A stretch of 64,000 bases of DNA from Tepidisphaera sp. (GCA_050916045.1 CP051526.1:1088001-1152000), one strand, 5' to 3'; positions 42,173 through 55,898 are shown, counted from the first letter of the stretch. Numbers and translations are program-made. The notes: generated from the sequence alone by a model not told the origin.

Positions 42173-43081
42173 TTACTTGGGCGTGGCGGGATCGGCCGGC
42201 GCGGGCGGCGTGTTTGCCGGGGGAGTGGCAGGCGGAGTGGCGGGCGGCGTGCTCGGAGCGGCACCCTCGGGCGTCGGCGCGGGGGTGTTGGGCGTCGCGG
42301 GCGAGCCGGCCGGGGCGGCAGGGGTGGTAGTCGGGATGGTGGTCGGGATGGTGGAGGGGAGCGAGGGCGGAGCGGGGGGCGCGGGGAGGTCGGCCTGGCT
42401 GAGGACGGGGGTGACCTTCTTGATGGCGTCGAGGTCGGCGATGCGCTTCTTGGCGACGTCGGCGTGGACGGAGTCTCCGGCGGCTTCGGCGAGCTTGACG
42501 GTTTCTTCGTACGCGGCGGAGGCGTCGGAGAAGTTGCCGGCGCTTTCGGCGACGGCGGCGATGCCGAAGGAAGCGGCGACGGCCATCATTCGCTTTTCGT
42601 CGGAGGATTTGGCGGCGTCGAGGACGATCTGGTACTGCTGCTTGGCGGCGCTCAGATACTGCTCGCGGAGGTCGTCGGTGAGGACGCCGGTGGCGTCGGC
42701 GATGGTGCCGTCCTCGGCTTTGATGGCGGCGCCGAGCGCGGCTTTCTGGCGGACGGCGCGGAGGTAGGCATCGGCGGCTTGGAGCCGCGCGAGGAGGGCG
42801 ACGGACTTGACGGAGGGGTATTGCTCGGCGACGGCGATGAGGGAGGTGGGGTTGGGGCGTTCACCGCGCGAGGCCATGCGGAGTTCTTCGAACGCGACGC
42901 TGAGCTGGTCCTGCTGGGCTTTGTGGTAGCGGGTGTAGAGGGCGTATCCGCCGGCGATGACGGCGATGGCGATGAGGAGGGGCGTGCTCCACTTGCGGAG
43001 GAACTCGATGAACTCGAGATTGAGTTTGGAGTCTTCGAGGCCCGCTCGCTCGCGGATCTGAAATTGACGATCGTCGGTCAT
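42173..43081 (-). CDS. YfgM-like membrane-anchored TPR protein with Pro-rich tail
   Basis: N-terminal TM after 'FLRKW', helical repeats, PAT-rich C-terminus. Confidence 0.65.
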   Translation of the reverse strand: MTDDRQFQIRERAGLEDSKLNLEFIEFLRKWSTPLLIAIAVIAGGYALYTRYHKAQQDQLSVAFEELRMASRGERPNPTSLIAVAEQYPSVKSVALLARLQAADAYLRAVRQKAALGAAIKAEDGTIADATGVLTDDLREQYLSAAKQQYQIVLDAAKSSDEKRMMAVAASFGIAAVAESAGNFSDASAAYEETVKLAEAAGDSVHADVAKKRIADLDAIKKVTPVLSQADLPAPPAPPSLPSTIPTTIPTTTPAAPAGSPATPNTPAPTPEGAAPSTPPATPPATPPANTPPAPADPATPK

Positions 43082-43165
43082 GGCGGTGTGTTCCAGGTTT
43101 GAGCCGCGATTCTAGGAGGGGCCGCGGCCGGGTGCCGCCGGGCGGAAGGGGTGCGTTCGGATGGG

Positions 43166-44158
43166 TCAGGTCCAGAAGCGCCAGGCGCGGTCGGCCTGGT
43201 AGAGAGCGGCGGGGACGAGGCGTTCGCGGATGGCTTGGGCGAGCTCGGTGAAGCCGGAACCGAGCTTGACGGAGGTTGCGAGGTCGGGTTGCCAGGTGGG
43301 TGTGGAATCGGGGCGGGCGAGGTCGGAGCGGAGCAGGACGCGGAGGGTCGAGGGGGAGTGGTTGGATGGGGATGAAGGCAGAGGAGGGGGTGGGGGAGGA
43401 GGGGGCGGGGTGGAGGGGTCTCCGCAGAGGAGGAGGAGGTCGGCGCGGCCGGCGAGTTGAGCGGCGTCGCGGGCGGCTTCGCGTTCGAGCGGGTCTGCGG
43501 CGGCGCGGACGCCCGGGGTGTCGACGTAGCGGACGGTGAGGCCGTCGAGGTCGAGGACGACGCCGACGTGGTCGCGCGTGGTGCCGGGTTCGTCGGCGAC
43601 GATGGCGGCTTCGCGGCCGGCGAGAGCGTTGCAGAGGGAGGACTTGCCGATGTTGGCGGCGCCCCAAGCAACGACGAGCGGGGGATCGATCAGACGGCGG
43701 AGGATCGCGTCGTCAGGCTCGGGCGAGCCGGGTGGGAGGTGGTCTGCGGAAAGGTTGGGTGTGCGAGAAGCCCAGCGGGCGGGCTGAGCGAGGAGGAGGT
43801 CGATCGCGGCGGGGCTTGCGGCGAGGGCCAGGGTGTCGAGCATCGCGCATTCGAGAGCGGAAGCGGCTTCGGGTCGCGGGGCGATGGGGGAAGCGGGCCC
43901 GGCGAGGGCTTGAAGGCGTTCGGCGAGGGCGCGGACGACGGCGGGTCCGCCGTGGGGCATGACCTGGAGGAATGTGTCGGACAGGCGCGAGACGAGGGCG
44001 GTGTCGATGTGCGGGATCGTGCGGAGGGCCACGCTGCCGCGAGGAACTGCGGGGATCTCGAGGGATTCGAGGGCGCGGTCGACCTGACCCCAGAGCTCGA
44101 TGATGGCGACGGCGCCGGGGCGAGCGGGAGAAGCGAGTCGCCAGGACCAGAGGCTCAT
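43166..44158 (-). CDS. Short MnmE/TrmE-like GTPase
   Basis: PGAVAIIEL and PHGG N-domain; GAANIGKSS, PGTTRD, DTPG; lacks the canonical C-terminal FCxGK. Confidence 0.78.
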   Translation of the reverse strand: MSLWSWRLASPARPGAVAIIELWGQVDRALESLEIPAVPRGSVALRTIPHIDTALVSRLSDTFLQVMPHGGPAVVRALAERLQALAGPASPIAPRPEAASALECAMLDTLALAASPAAIDLLLAQPARWASRTPNLSADHLPPGSPEPDDAILRRLIDPPLVVAWGAANIGKSSLCNALAGREAAIVADEPGTTRDHVGVVLDLDGLTVRYVDTPGVRAAADPLEREAARDAAQLAGRADLLLLCGDPSTPPPPPPPPPLPSSPSNHSPSTLRVLLRSDLARPDSTPTWQPDLATSVKLGSGFTELAQAIRERLVPAALYQADRAWRFWT

Positions 44159-44988
44159 GGCTCGTCCGGGGAGTCTTCGCGGAGCAGGACGCGGCCGGCT
44201 TCGACGATGCCGTGAAGTTGGAGGTCGGGGACGACGTGTTCGACGACGTCATCACCATCGAAGAGGAAAGCGGCGTCGCCGCCGGTGGCGACGATCTGCG
44301 GGTAGGCTTCGTAGTACTCGGCGTAGCGTTCGGTGACGTAACGGACGAGACCGAGAGCGGCGCAGCGGACGCCGAGGAGCATGGCGTGCTTGGTGTCCTT
44401 GCCGAAGGGGCCGCGGGCGGGGTCGGGGCGAACGAGCTCGACCTCGGGGAGGGCGGCGGTGTGCTGGTGCAGGGCGCTCAGCATCATGCGGAGACCGGGG
44501 GCGATGACGCCGCCCTGGAAGACGCCGGAGCCGTCGATGAAGTCGACGGTGATGGCGGTGCCGGCGTCGACGATGACGCAGGCCTGTCTGGCTTTGGAGT
44601 AGGCTCCCAAGGCGCAGAGGAGGCGGTCCTGTCCGACGGTTGAAGCGTCGTCCAAGGCGTGCTGGATGGGAACGACCATGTCCCTGCCGAAGGGGTGGAC
44701 CTCGTAGCCGAGGGCGGTGAGGGCGTCGGCGAGCGGGAGGGCGACGGGGGGGTTGACGGACGAGAGGACGAAGTCGCGGGCGCCGGCTTTGTCGGCGAGG
44801 GCGGCGAGATCGCGGGCGGCGGCGTGGATGTCGGCGTGTTCGATGGGAGCGGGGTCGTGGAGGGTCCATTTGGAGACGACGCCGGCGCGAGTGCGGGTGT
44901 TGCCGACGGCGACGGCGACGAAGGAAGCGGGGTCGAAGTCCGGCGGGGTGGCGTCGTGGGGGAGATTGGGCGAGGGTTCCGGGGTCAT
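44155..44988 (-). CDS. coaX: Type III pantothenate kinase
   Basis: VGNTR, SSVNP, GQDR, VDAGTAITVD, GGVIAPG, ATGGDA. Confidence 0.93.
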   Translation of the reverse strand: MTPEPSPNLPHDATPPDFDPASFVAVAVGNTRTRAGVVSKWTLHDPAPIEHADIHAAARDLAALADKAGARDFVLSSVNPPVALPLADALTALGYEVHPFGRDMVVPIQHALDDASTVGQDRLLCALGAYSKARQACVIVDAGTAITVDFIDGSGVFQGGVIAPGLRMMLSALHQHTAALPEVELVRPDPARGPFGKDTKHAMLLGVRCAALGLVRYVTERYAEYYEAYPQIVATGGDAAFLFDGDDVVEHVVPDLQLHGIVEAGRVLLREDSPDEP

Positions 44989-45051
44989 GCGCTCACGGTA
45001 GGGTTGCCGGATCGTCTTGAAGTGATCGCGCCGCTACCGTTGCACTTGACG

Positions 45052-46251
45052 ATGCCCAAACGCGATGAGCCAACTCCGCCAGAGGATTCCACCCAGCCGG
45101 GCGATAAGCCCGCCGGGGAAGTGTCCGAGCGGGGTTCGTTTGATCCGGGGCCGATCGATCAAGCGGATCCGTTCGTTCGGTGCAAGGTGGATCCGGCGAT
45201 CGAGCGGCATCGGATCGGCGGGTTCCGGTTCCCGCTGGGGGTGTATCCGGTGGAGGAACTTGGGCCCAAGCCCGGGTACACGCTTGATTTTGAGTCCGCG
45301 GACGGCGGGGATGAGGAAGCGGGCGAGTGGGAGGAGTGGCCGGATCGGTACGTGTTTGACGCGGTGCTGACGATCGAGCGAGTTCCGAACCTGGTTCGGT
45401 GCTTGCTCTCGATGATGCCGCCGAAGGTGTTTCCGATTCTGGACGTCCTGGGGCATGACGCGTTTCGCGAGATTGATCCGTATGTGGCGTACGACACGGT
45501 GGGGCTGGACCGGGTGATCGAGGCTCTCAAGCAGGTGCCGGCCTTCTTCTATGAGGATGGCTTGTGCGGGTTTGGCGCGATGTCGGAGGAGCCGTTCTTC
45601 TACTTCTTCGTGGATGAGCACAAGATCGTGACCGTCCGGGTGGAAGCGGGGCTGAAGGAGCAGGTCGAGCGACTGATGGCCGCGTTTGACCTTGAGCAGA
45701 ACGAGGATGCGGCGGGGGTGGATGCGGCGGCTCATGAGCATCGGAGCGTGCTGGTGACGCCTGAGGATGACCCGAGGATGCTGGGGTTTGACGAGGTGGT
45801 TGAGCGGCTTCGGGATGACTGGCGGCTGGTGCTCAACATCAATCCTGAGACGAATGTGGATGACGAGGACCGGGACCTGGGGCCGACCGGGTGGTGGTGC
45901 CGTGTTCGAGTCGAGGTGCCGGTGAAGGCCGAGCAGGCTCCGGAGGGGGGCGTCGAGCCAGAAACCCTGGCGGAGACGCGGTACGTGGAGGTGGTTCTGG
46001 TGGCCGAATGCCTCCGGGAAGCGGAGGAAGAGGCGATTCTGGCGGCGGAGAAGCACGCCGGGTTGCCGTCGAGTGCTCTCAAGGTGGAGAGCCTGGACGA
46101 GGATGAGGAGGACGGGCTGGTCCCACCTTTTGTGGTGTTTGCGGATCGCATGTCCGAGGACCAGTTGGAAACGCAGCGGAAGAGCGCCCCGAAACGGAAG
46201 GGGCCGGCGACGGGTCCGGGCATGATTACTTCGGTCAAGTGGGCGGACTGA
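45052..46251 (+). CDS. Acidic hypothetical protein
   Basis: Long ORF with natural composition, divergent from coaX. Confidence 0.75.
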   Translation: MPKRDEPTPPEDSTQPGDKPAGEVSERGSFDPGPIDQADPFVRCKVDPAIERHRIGGFRFPLGVYPVEELGPKPGYTLDFESADGGDEEAGEWEEWPDRYVFDAVLTIERVPNLVRCLLSMMPPKVFPILDVLGHDAFREIDPYVAYDTVGLDRVIEALKQVPAFFYEDGLCGFGAMSEEPFFYFFVDEHKIVTVRVEAGLKEQVERLMAAFDLEQNEDAAGVDAAAHEHRSVLVTPEDDPRMLGFDEVVERLRDDWRLVLNINPETNVDDEDRDLGPTGWWCRVRVEVPVKAEQAPEGGVEPETLAETRYVEVVLVAECLREAEEEAILAAEKHAGLPSSALKVESLDEDEEDGLVPPFVVFADRMSEDQLETQRKSAPKRKGPATGPGMITSVKWAD

Positions 46252-46795
46252 CGGCGGGGACTGCGGGTGGCCTGCGGATGGGATTGCGGGCGGGTTTGCG
46301 GGCCGGCTGGGCGGAAATCCGCGTTTTCTTTCAAGTTGGGAGCGGAAAGTCGCGGCGGGACGGAACCCCGGGGTTCGGGGTTGCGAAGGGGCACCCACCA
46401 AGCCGGTTGCGTTCGGTAGCGCAATCTTGTATGGTGTGCGACCCATGCCGCCCCCGGCAGCCCGAACGACGGGCGACGGAGGGCGGGCCGAGCGTCGCCA
46501 ATACCGGGAAAGCCGGTCCGGACGAGCGGTGGGGGAGTTGGATAGGCCCGCGTGGGGCGGGGCGGGGCGTTGGCCGCAAGCGGGCCGGCGCGGAGGATGG
46601 CGGGGTGTTGGTGGGCGAGGTGGGGAGCGAACGTCGGTTGGGCGTCGGCGGCACGCGTGTGCTGCGGCCCGGCGGGCGGACCCGTCGCGAATGTCCCTTG
46701 CCCCAAGGGCCTCGCACGAAAGTGTTCCTGGGAGTTGACGCCGACGATTGAGACGCCACGATAGTCCCTTTCCCGGTATGTCTCGGAGACCATCC

Positions 46796-50305
<3,510 letters not shown>

Positions 50306-50341
50306 GGGTTGGTGAAGGGTTTGGATTGAACGAGAAAGCGA

Positions 50342-50378
50342 CAGGCCCGGCGAGGAATCGCCGGGCCTGGTTGTTTTT
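50342..50378 (+). terminator. Rho-independent terminator
   Basis: caggcccggcga-ggaa-tcgccgggcctg followed by gttgttttt. Confidence 0.85.
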
Positions 50379-50405
50379 GGGGGTGGGGGGATGAGAGTAT
50401 GGGGG

Positions 50406-50538
50406 TTTGAGATTTTGGATTTGGAATTTGAAATTTGAAATTTCAAATTGGAAATCTGAAATCTCAAAGCCAAAATGTCAAATTGCAGATCTCAAATTGC
50501 AGATCTCAAATCTCAAATTTCAGAGCTCAAATGTCAGA
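50406..50538. repeat. AT-rich heptamer tandem array (19 x 7 bp)
   Basis: tttgaga ttttgga tttggaa tttgaaa tttgaaa tttcaaa ttggaaa tctgaaa tctcaaa ... gctcaaa tgtcaga. Confidence 0.9.
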
Positions 50539-50540
50539 GC

Positions 50541-51428
50541 TCACGCTTCGCCGGGGCGGAACTCTTTGATTTCGGTTCGGACGTCCCAGAGTTCGGGGAA
50601 GAAGGAGTCGTCGACGATGTGGCGGAGGTAGTTGACGCCCGCGGTGCCGCCGGTGCCTCGTTTGAGGCCGATGACGCGTTGGACGACCTTGAGGTGGCGG
50701 AAGCGCCAGAGGCACTGGGCTTCGTCGATGTCGACGAGCTTTTCGGCCATTTCGTAAGCGTCCCAGTGCTTGCTTGGTTCTTCGTAGATGTGGCGGAAGA
50801 CTTCGATGACGCCGGGGTGGGAGGTGTGGCGTTGGCGGACGTCTCGGGCGAGAACTTCGGCGGGGACGGGGAGGCCGCGGCGGGCGAGGGCTCGCAGGAA
50901 CTCGTCGTAGATGGACGGGGCTCGCCAAGCGGCGTCGAGGCGGGCGTAGGACTCGGAGTCGTGGCGGAAGATGGCGAGCATCCGCTCATCCTTGTGGCCG
51001 AGCATGAACTCGATGAGGCGGTTCTGGAGGGACTGGATTCCGGAAGCGGGTCCGAGGACGTGTCGGAACTGGACGTATTCGCTGGGGGTAAGGGTCGCGA
51101 GGACGGACCACTGGCCCAGGAGCTGCTGCTGGATGTGCTTGACTCGGGCGAGGACCTTGAAGGAAGCTTCGAACCGGTCGGTGGCGACGAGGGTCATGGC
51201 TTCGCGGAGCTCGTGGACGACGAGCTTGAACCAGAGCTCGGTGGTCTGGTGCTGGATGATGAAGAGGAGCTCGTCGTGGTGCTCGGGGGAGGAGAGAGGG
51301 TTCTGGCAGGCGAGGAGCTTGGAGAGGGAGAGGTATCCCGCGTAATCGAGCTGGCCGCCGAGCTCGGTCTTGGTGTTGGGGTCAAAAGCAGGCTTGTGCG
51401 TGTCGCCGCCGGCGTGGTCTGTGGACAT
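50541..51428 (-). CDS. kynA: Tryptophan 2,3-dioxygenase
   Basis: [53 protein letters not shown]. Confidence 0.96.
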   Translation of the reverse strand: MSTDHAGGDTHKPAFDPNTKTELGGQLDYAGYLSLSKLLACQNPLSSPEHHDELLFIIQHQTTELWFKLVVHELREAMTLVATDRFEASFKVLARVKHIQQQLLGQWSVLATLTPSEYVQFRHVLGPASGIQSLQNRLIEFMLGHKDERMLAIFRHDSESYARLDAAWRAPSIYDEFLRALARRGLPVPAEVLARDVRQRHTSHPGVIEVFRHIYEEPSKHWDAYEMAEKLVDIDEAQCLWRFRHLKVVQRVIGLKRGTGGTAGVNYLRHIVDDSFFPELWDVRTEIKEFRPGEA

Positions 51429-51490
51429 AGCGGTCCCTCGGAGGAAAGGGGCAGCATACGCGCGTCGGGGGTGTGCGAGCCGAGCAGCGG

Positions 51491-51730
51491 CTAACGCGGG
51501 TCGGACGCGGGTTCGCGTTCGTCGGCGCCGGCGATGCCGGAGCGCTCGGCGGGGGAGGATCCGGGTTCGTCGCCCGATTCGGTGGGGGCGATGCGAATGT
51601 TGCGGGTGGCCAGGTACTCGTCGCGGGCGGAGGACCGGCAGCCTGCGAGGCCGGCGGTTCCGGCGAGGAGCGAGGCGGCCAGGAGGAGAAGGCCCAAGCG
51701 GGTACGAAGATCGGGGAGGGAAGGGTGCAT
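51491..51730 (-). CDS. Small lipoprotein
   Basis: [20 protein letters not shown] lipobox. Confidence 0.6.
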   Translation of the reverse strand: MHPSLPDLRTRLGLLLLAASLLAGTAGLAGCRSSARDEYLATRNIRIAPTESGDEPGSSPAERSGIAGADEREPASDPR

Positions 51731-51994
51731 GGGGCGGGTTGGTTCGTCTACGGCCTGCGAACGGTTGAAGATGCGGATCATACAGGAAAGAGGATCGGCG
51801 GGGTCGGTCGGTTTTCAGGATGGATTTGCGGAGGGGGCGGCCCGAGAACGGGCTTGGACGTCGGTAGAGGCTGTGCGGGCGTCGTTGCTGGCATGGAGGG
51901 TGGCATTGACGTTTGGGTTCTGCGTGGTAGCATCGCCCGGTCCGCGCGCGGGTACGATCCGCGTTTCCCGCAGAGGTTTTTGGAGCCGCTCCCC

Positions 51995-52873
51995 ATGAAG
52001 TTCGCGTTCAGCACCGTTGCCTGCCCGGATTGGACCCTCGACCGCGTCGCCGATGTGGCGCAGTCGCTTGGCTTTGCGGGTGTTGAGCTCCGCACGTTCG
52101 GGTGGAACTCGAGTGCGTCGGCGTGCGATCCGTCGTTGACGGACGCTCGCAAGGTTCAGCAGATTCTTCGTGCTGGCGGAGCGGAGCCGGTGTGTCTTTC
52201 GACGGGGATCGGGTTTGGGCGGCCGGTGACTCCGCCGGTGATCGGCTGGGCGATCACGGACGTGCACCGCGATGCGCGTGAAGCGTCGTCGCTGGTCGAG
52301 CTTGCGGCGTTGCTTGAGTGTCCGTTCATCCGGGTGTTCGGCCATGAATTCCCGCGGAACGAGAAGCACTCGCGGGCGGTTGATCGGATCGTGAGCCGTC
52401 TGCTTCAGGTGGCGGACGCGGGCCGTGCGCGACAGGTGCGGGTGCTGGTGGAGAACGGCGGGTCGTTCGCGACGGCGGCGGAGCTTTGCGAGCTGCTTGA
52501 TGAGGCCGATCATCCGTGCTTGGGTGCGTTGTACAACGTGGCGGAGGCGCACGTCGCGGGCGAGACGCCCGAAGCGGGCATCAACGTGCTCGGCGAGCGT
52601 CTGATGATGGCGAAGGTGAAGGATTTCGCGGGCGGCAAGCCGGTTGCTTTGGGCGAGGGGACGATTCCGGTGCAGTTGGCGATGTCGGAGCTTCGTCGGT
52701 CGGGGTTCTCGGGCCCGGTGTCGTACGAGCTGGACCGGCTTTGGCTTGGGATGGGGATGGACGCGGAGCCGCTTCTGCGGAAGTCGGTTCAGCGGATGTT
52801 TGAGTGGGGCGTCGGGGCACCGTCGGCGGTCCGAACGGGTCGGATGGTCGACTCCATGACCTCCCACGCCTAA
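51995..52873 (+). CDS. Sugar phosphate isomerase/epimerase (AP-endonuclease-2 TIM barrel)
   Basis: [36 protein letters not shown]. Confidence 0.85.
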   Translation: MKFAFSTVACPDWTLDRVADVAQSLGFAGVELRTFGWNSSASACDPSLTDARKVQQILRAGGAEPVCLSTGIGFGRPVTPPVIGWAITDVHRDAREASSLVELAALLECPFIRVFGHEFPRNEKHSRAVDRIVSRLLQVADAGRARQVRVLVENGGSFATAAELCELLDEADHPCLGALYNVAEAHVAGETPEAGINVLGERLMMAKVKDFAGGKPVALGEGTIPVQLAMSELRRSGFSGPVSYELDRLWLGMGMDAEPLLRKSVQRMFEWGVGAPSAVRTGRMVDSMTSHA

Positions 52874-52875
52874 CG

Positions 52876-52884
52876 TGCTATAGT
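52876..52884 (+). promoter_or_regulatory. Possible extended -10 promoter of tRNA-Val
   Basis: TGCTATAGT about 30 nt upstream of the tRNA. Confidence 0.35.
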
Positions 52885-52913
52885 CTTGACCCGGTCCAAC
52901 CGGGACACAGTTT

Positions 52914-52987
52914 GGGCGATTAGCGCAGTTGGCTAGCGCGCTTCCTTGACATGGAAGAGGTCACTGGTTCAAGTCCAGTATCGCTCA
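52914..52987 (+). tRNA. tRNA-Val(GAC)
   Basis: Acceptor GGGCGAT/ATCGCTC, anticodon arm CTTCC-TTGACAT-GGAAG, T-loop GGTTCAAGTCC; CCA not encoded. Confidence 0.96.
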
Positions 52988-53202
52988 TTGATCCGCCGCT
53001 CGGGAACCTCTGATGTGGGCGTGATCTTTCTCCAGCGACAATCGAGTGTGATGGTCGATCGGTGTGCCGACGGGGTTGCCGTTGGGATTGCCGTCGGCGC
53101 AGGCGTGGGCTCGCCCGGATGGTTTGGTGCTTGGGTTTGCGGCACGACGTTCGGAAAACGATCGGTCGGGCGAAGGGCGAGCACTCGGCGCGAGTCGGTT
53201 CT

Positions 53203-54084
53203 ATGATGGACCCAAGGCCACAGGAGCTCTCGTTGACCAGTGTCCCATCTCCAGCATCGACCGCACGTCCCGCCTCCGTGGCCGAGCGTGTGTCCCACTG
53301 GCCGCTGCCCGGACAGGTGGGCCCGGACCGTCTTCCCCTTTCCGCTCGCATCGCCGAAGCCGGTCCGACGACCGGGACGCCGATCGTGTTTCTTCACGGT
53401 CTGGTCGGGCTGAACGATCACTGGGAAGGCGTCGTGGGCCAGCTCAAGTCGATCGCGCGGTGCGTGATGGTCGAGATGCCGCTGCTCCGCCTGACCGGCG
53501 ATGACTGCAGCGTCGAGGGCGTGACCAAGCTGACGCTCCGGTATCTTCGCGAGAGCCTTCGTGAGCCGGCGATCCTCGTCGGGAACAGCTTCGGCGGGCA
53601 CGTGGCGATGCGGATCGCGTGCGACGATCCCTCGGCGGTTCGCGGCTTGGTGCTTGCGGGGGCTTCAGGGTTGTACGAGCGATCGCTTCTGGCGAACGTT
53701 CAGATCCGTCCGAGCCGCGCGTGGCTTGCCCGCAAGATCGGCGAGCTTTTCCACGACAAGCGTCACGTATGGGAGAGCGACATCGACCGGGCGTACGAGG
53801 AGCTTTCGGCTCGCTCGGGCGCGCGGGCGATGGTGAGGCTTTCGCGATCGGCGCGGGCGGACCACCTGGGCGAGAAGCTGCACAAGATTCAGTCTCCGAC
53901 GCTTCTGATCTGGGGCCGCCAGGATGTGGTGACGCCTCCGGACACGGCGGAGGAGTTCAACCGGCTGATCAAGGGCTCGCGTCTTGAGTGGATCGATCAG
54001 TGCGGCCATGCTCCGATGATGGAACGCACCGAGGTCTTCAGCGAGCATGTGGGTTCGTTTTATCAGAGGCTTCGAACGCCGTGA
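53203..54084 (+). CDS. Alpha/beta hydrolase
   Basis: FLHGL, GNSFGG nucleophile elbow, WGRQD, CGHAPM; start uncertain. Confidence 0.9.
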   Translation: MMDPRPQELSLTSVPSPASTARPASVAERVSHWPLPGQVGPDRLPLSARIAEAGPTTGTPIVFLHGLVGLNDHWEGVVGQLKSIARCVMVEMPLLRLTGDDCSVEGVTKLTLRYLRESLREPAILVGNSFGGHVAMRIACDDPSAVRGLVLAGASGLYERSLLANVQIRPSRAWLARKIGELFHDKRHVWESDIDRAYEELSARSGARAMVRLSRSARADHLGEKLHKIQSPTLLIWGRQDVVTPPDTAEEFNRLIKGSRLEWIDQCGHAPMMERTEVFSEHVGSFYQRLRTP

Positions 54085-55751
54085 GCCCGACGCTTCCGGC
54101 ACTGCATGACGCACCGCTCCGGTGGACCTCGCTGATCGGCGTGGGGTTGGCGGCGTATACGGCGCGGCGCAAGCTGCTGTTGGATGATCTCACGTACTGG
54201 AAGGTGAACACGGCGCGGCTGCAGCAGGCGCAGCTCCGGTCGGTCCTCGCCCGCGCGAAGGACACGGAGTTTGGCCGCGGGCATGAGTTCGGCAAGCTCA
54301 TGAAGCTCGGGGATCGCGAGCTTCTGCCGGCGTTTCGCGCGGCGGTGCCGATGGGCGACTACGAGGCGTATCGGGCGATGATCGTCCGGATGCGCGAGGG
54401 GGGCGAGCCGGGGATTCTCTGGCCCGGCGTCGTGAAGAATTACGCGCAGACGAGCGGGACCACGGCGGGCGACAAGTTCATGGCCGTCAGCGACGAGATG
54501 ATGTCGTCGAACTTCAGGGCATCGCTGGACATCTTCGGGCACGCTTCGCGGATGGGCGTTTCGCTGCCGCGGCTGACGTCGGGGCGGCTGCTTTTCCTCG
54601 GCGGGTCGACGGAGCTTTCGCAGAACAAGCACGGCATCAAGACGGGGGACCTTTCGGGGATCGTGGCTCCGTTGATTCGCTGGCCGCTTTCGGAGATCTA
54701 TTCGCCGGGTCACGAGATCGCGCTGATGAGCGACTGGCCGGCGAAGATCGAAGCGATGGCCCGCGCGACGGCGTCGCAGGACATCCGAATGATCTCGGGG
54801 ATGCCGAGTTGGACGCTCAAGCTTGTGGCCCGCGCGATGGAGATCGCCCGTGAGAAGCCGGGCGGGCGGAAGATCCGCACGCTCCGCGACCTGTGGCCGA
54901 ATTTCACGCTTTTCGTCCACGGCGGGGTGAAGTACGGACCGTTCGAGCCTCGCGTTCGCGAAGCCTGGTCGGGAGACGCGGCGGGCGAGGACATTCCGCG
55001 CCGCCTCGAGGTTTACCCGGCGAGCGAGGGGTTCATCGCGATGCAGGACACGGCGGGGGACCCGGGGTTGCGCCTGCTTTCGGACATCGGGAACTTCTAC
55101 GAGTTCGTGCCGCTTGAGGAGATTTCGAGCCCGAACGCGCGGGCGTTCGCGAGCCACGAGGTCGAGAAGGGGCAGCGGTACGTGGTGGTGATGACGACGT
55201 GCGCGGGGTTCTACCGGTACATCATCGGGGACGTGGTCGAGTTTGACACGATCCCGGCGAAGCCCGAGTGGGAGGGCGGCGGCGGGGGCGACGGGCCTTG
55301 CCGCTTGCGGATCGTCGGCCGGCACAAGCACTTCATCAACGCGTTCGGCGAGAACATCATCGTCGAGCACATCGAGAATGCGGTGGCGCAGGCGGCATCG
55401 GCGGCGAGCGTGGTGGTGGGAGAGTTCACGGCGGCACCGGTGTATCCGGCTCCGGGCGTCTCGCCGGGTTTGGAGCTTGCGGTCGAGTCGGTGCAGGGTC
55501 TGACGGATCCGATCGCCCGAAGGGTGTTCGCCGAGGCTTTTGACGCGGCGATCAAAGCTCAGAACGTGGACTACACGACGAAGCGGACGGGCGATGTGGG
55601 GATGGCTCCGCCGACGGTCACGGTGCTGCCGGTCGGGACGTTTCACCGCTGGATGCAGAGCCGTGGCAAGCTCGGCGGGCAGCACAAGTGCCCCAGGTGC
55701 GCGAACCACCGCGAGATCATCGATGCGGCGAAGGCGGCGGCGAAGGGTTGA
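54081..55751 (+). CDS. GH3 family acyl-acid amido synthetase-like protein
   Basis: QTSGTT, YPASEGF, FYEFVP, RYIIGD, GKLGGQHKCPR; GTGA overlap with the hydrolase stop. Confidence 0.9.
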   Translation: MSPTLPALHDAPLRWTSLIGVGLAAYTARRKLLLDDLTYWKVNTARLQQAQLRSVLARAKDTEFGRGHEFGKLMKLGDRELLPAFRAAVPMGDYEAYRAMIVRMREGGEPGILWPGVVKNYAQTSGTTAGDKFMAVSDEMMSSNFRASLDIFGHASRMGVSLPRLTSGRLLFLGGSTELSQNKHGIKTGDLSGIVAPLIRWPLSEIYSPGHEIALMSDWPAKIEAMARATASQDIRMISGMPSWTLKLVARAMEIAREKPGGRKIRTLRDLWPNFTLFVHGGVKYGPFEPRVREAWSGDAAGEDIPRRLEVYPASEGFIAMQDTAGDPGLRLLSDIGNFYEFVPLEEISSPNARAFASHEVEKGQRYVVVMTTCAGFYRYIIGDVVEFDTIPAKPEWEGGGGGDGPCRLRIVGRHKHFINAFGENIIVEHIENAVAQAASAASVVVGEFTAAPVYPAPGVSPGLELAVESVQGLTDPIARRVFAEAFDAAIKAQNVDYTTKRTGDVGMAPPTVTVLPVGTFHRWMQSRGKLGGQHKCPRCANHREIIDAAKAAAKG

Positions 55752-55830
55752 GTGGTGGGGCGTTGAGTGGTGGGGATGGGTCGCGAAGCCGTAGCCGGAT
55801 TCGCGGACCGAGCGTGCGACGCGGAGCCAA

Positions 55831-55876
55831 AGCGGGCGACCGGATTCGAACCGGCGACGTACAGCTTGGAAGGCTG
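55831..55876 (-). repeat. att site: displaced 3' fragment of tRNA-Gly
   Basis: agcgggcgaccggattcgaaccggcgacgtacagcttggaaggctg, identical to 56548-56593; no D-arm or 5' acceptor strand. Confidence 0.93.
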
Positions 55877-55898
55877 ATCGTCCACCCCCTACCTAACA

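Noticed and set aside
46490..46530. c-di-GMP-I riboswitch upstream of the secretin
   Set aside because: A GAAA-containing hairpin is present but the rest of the consensus could not be matched by eye.
50407..50631. 74-aa ORF 'MRFWIWNLKFEISN...'
   Set aside because: A translation artefact of the heptamer array, overlapping kynA antisense.
55831..55876. Second functional tRNA-Gly gene
   Set aside because: Only the 3' 46 nt are present; the D-arm and 5' acceptor strand are missing, so it is an att remnant.
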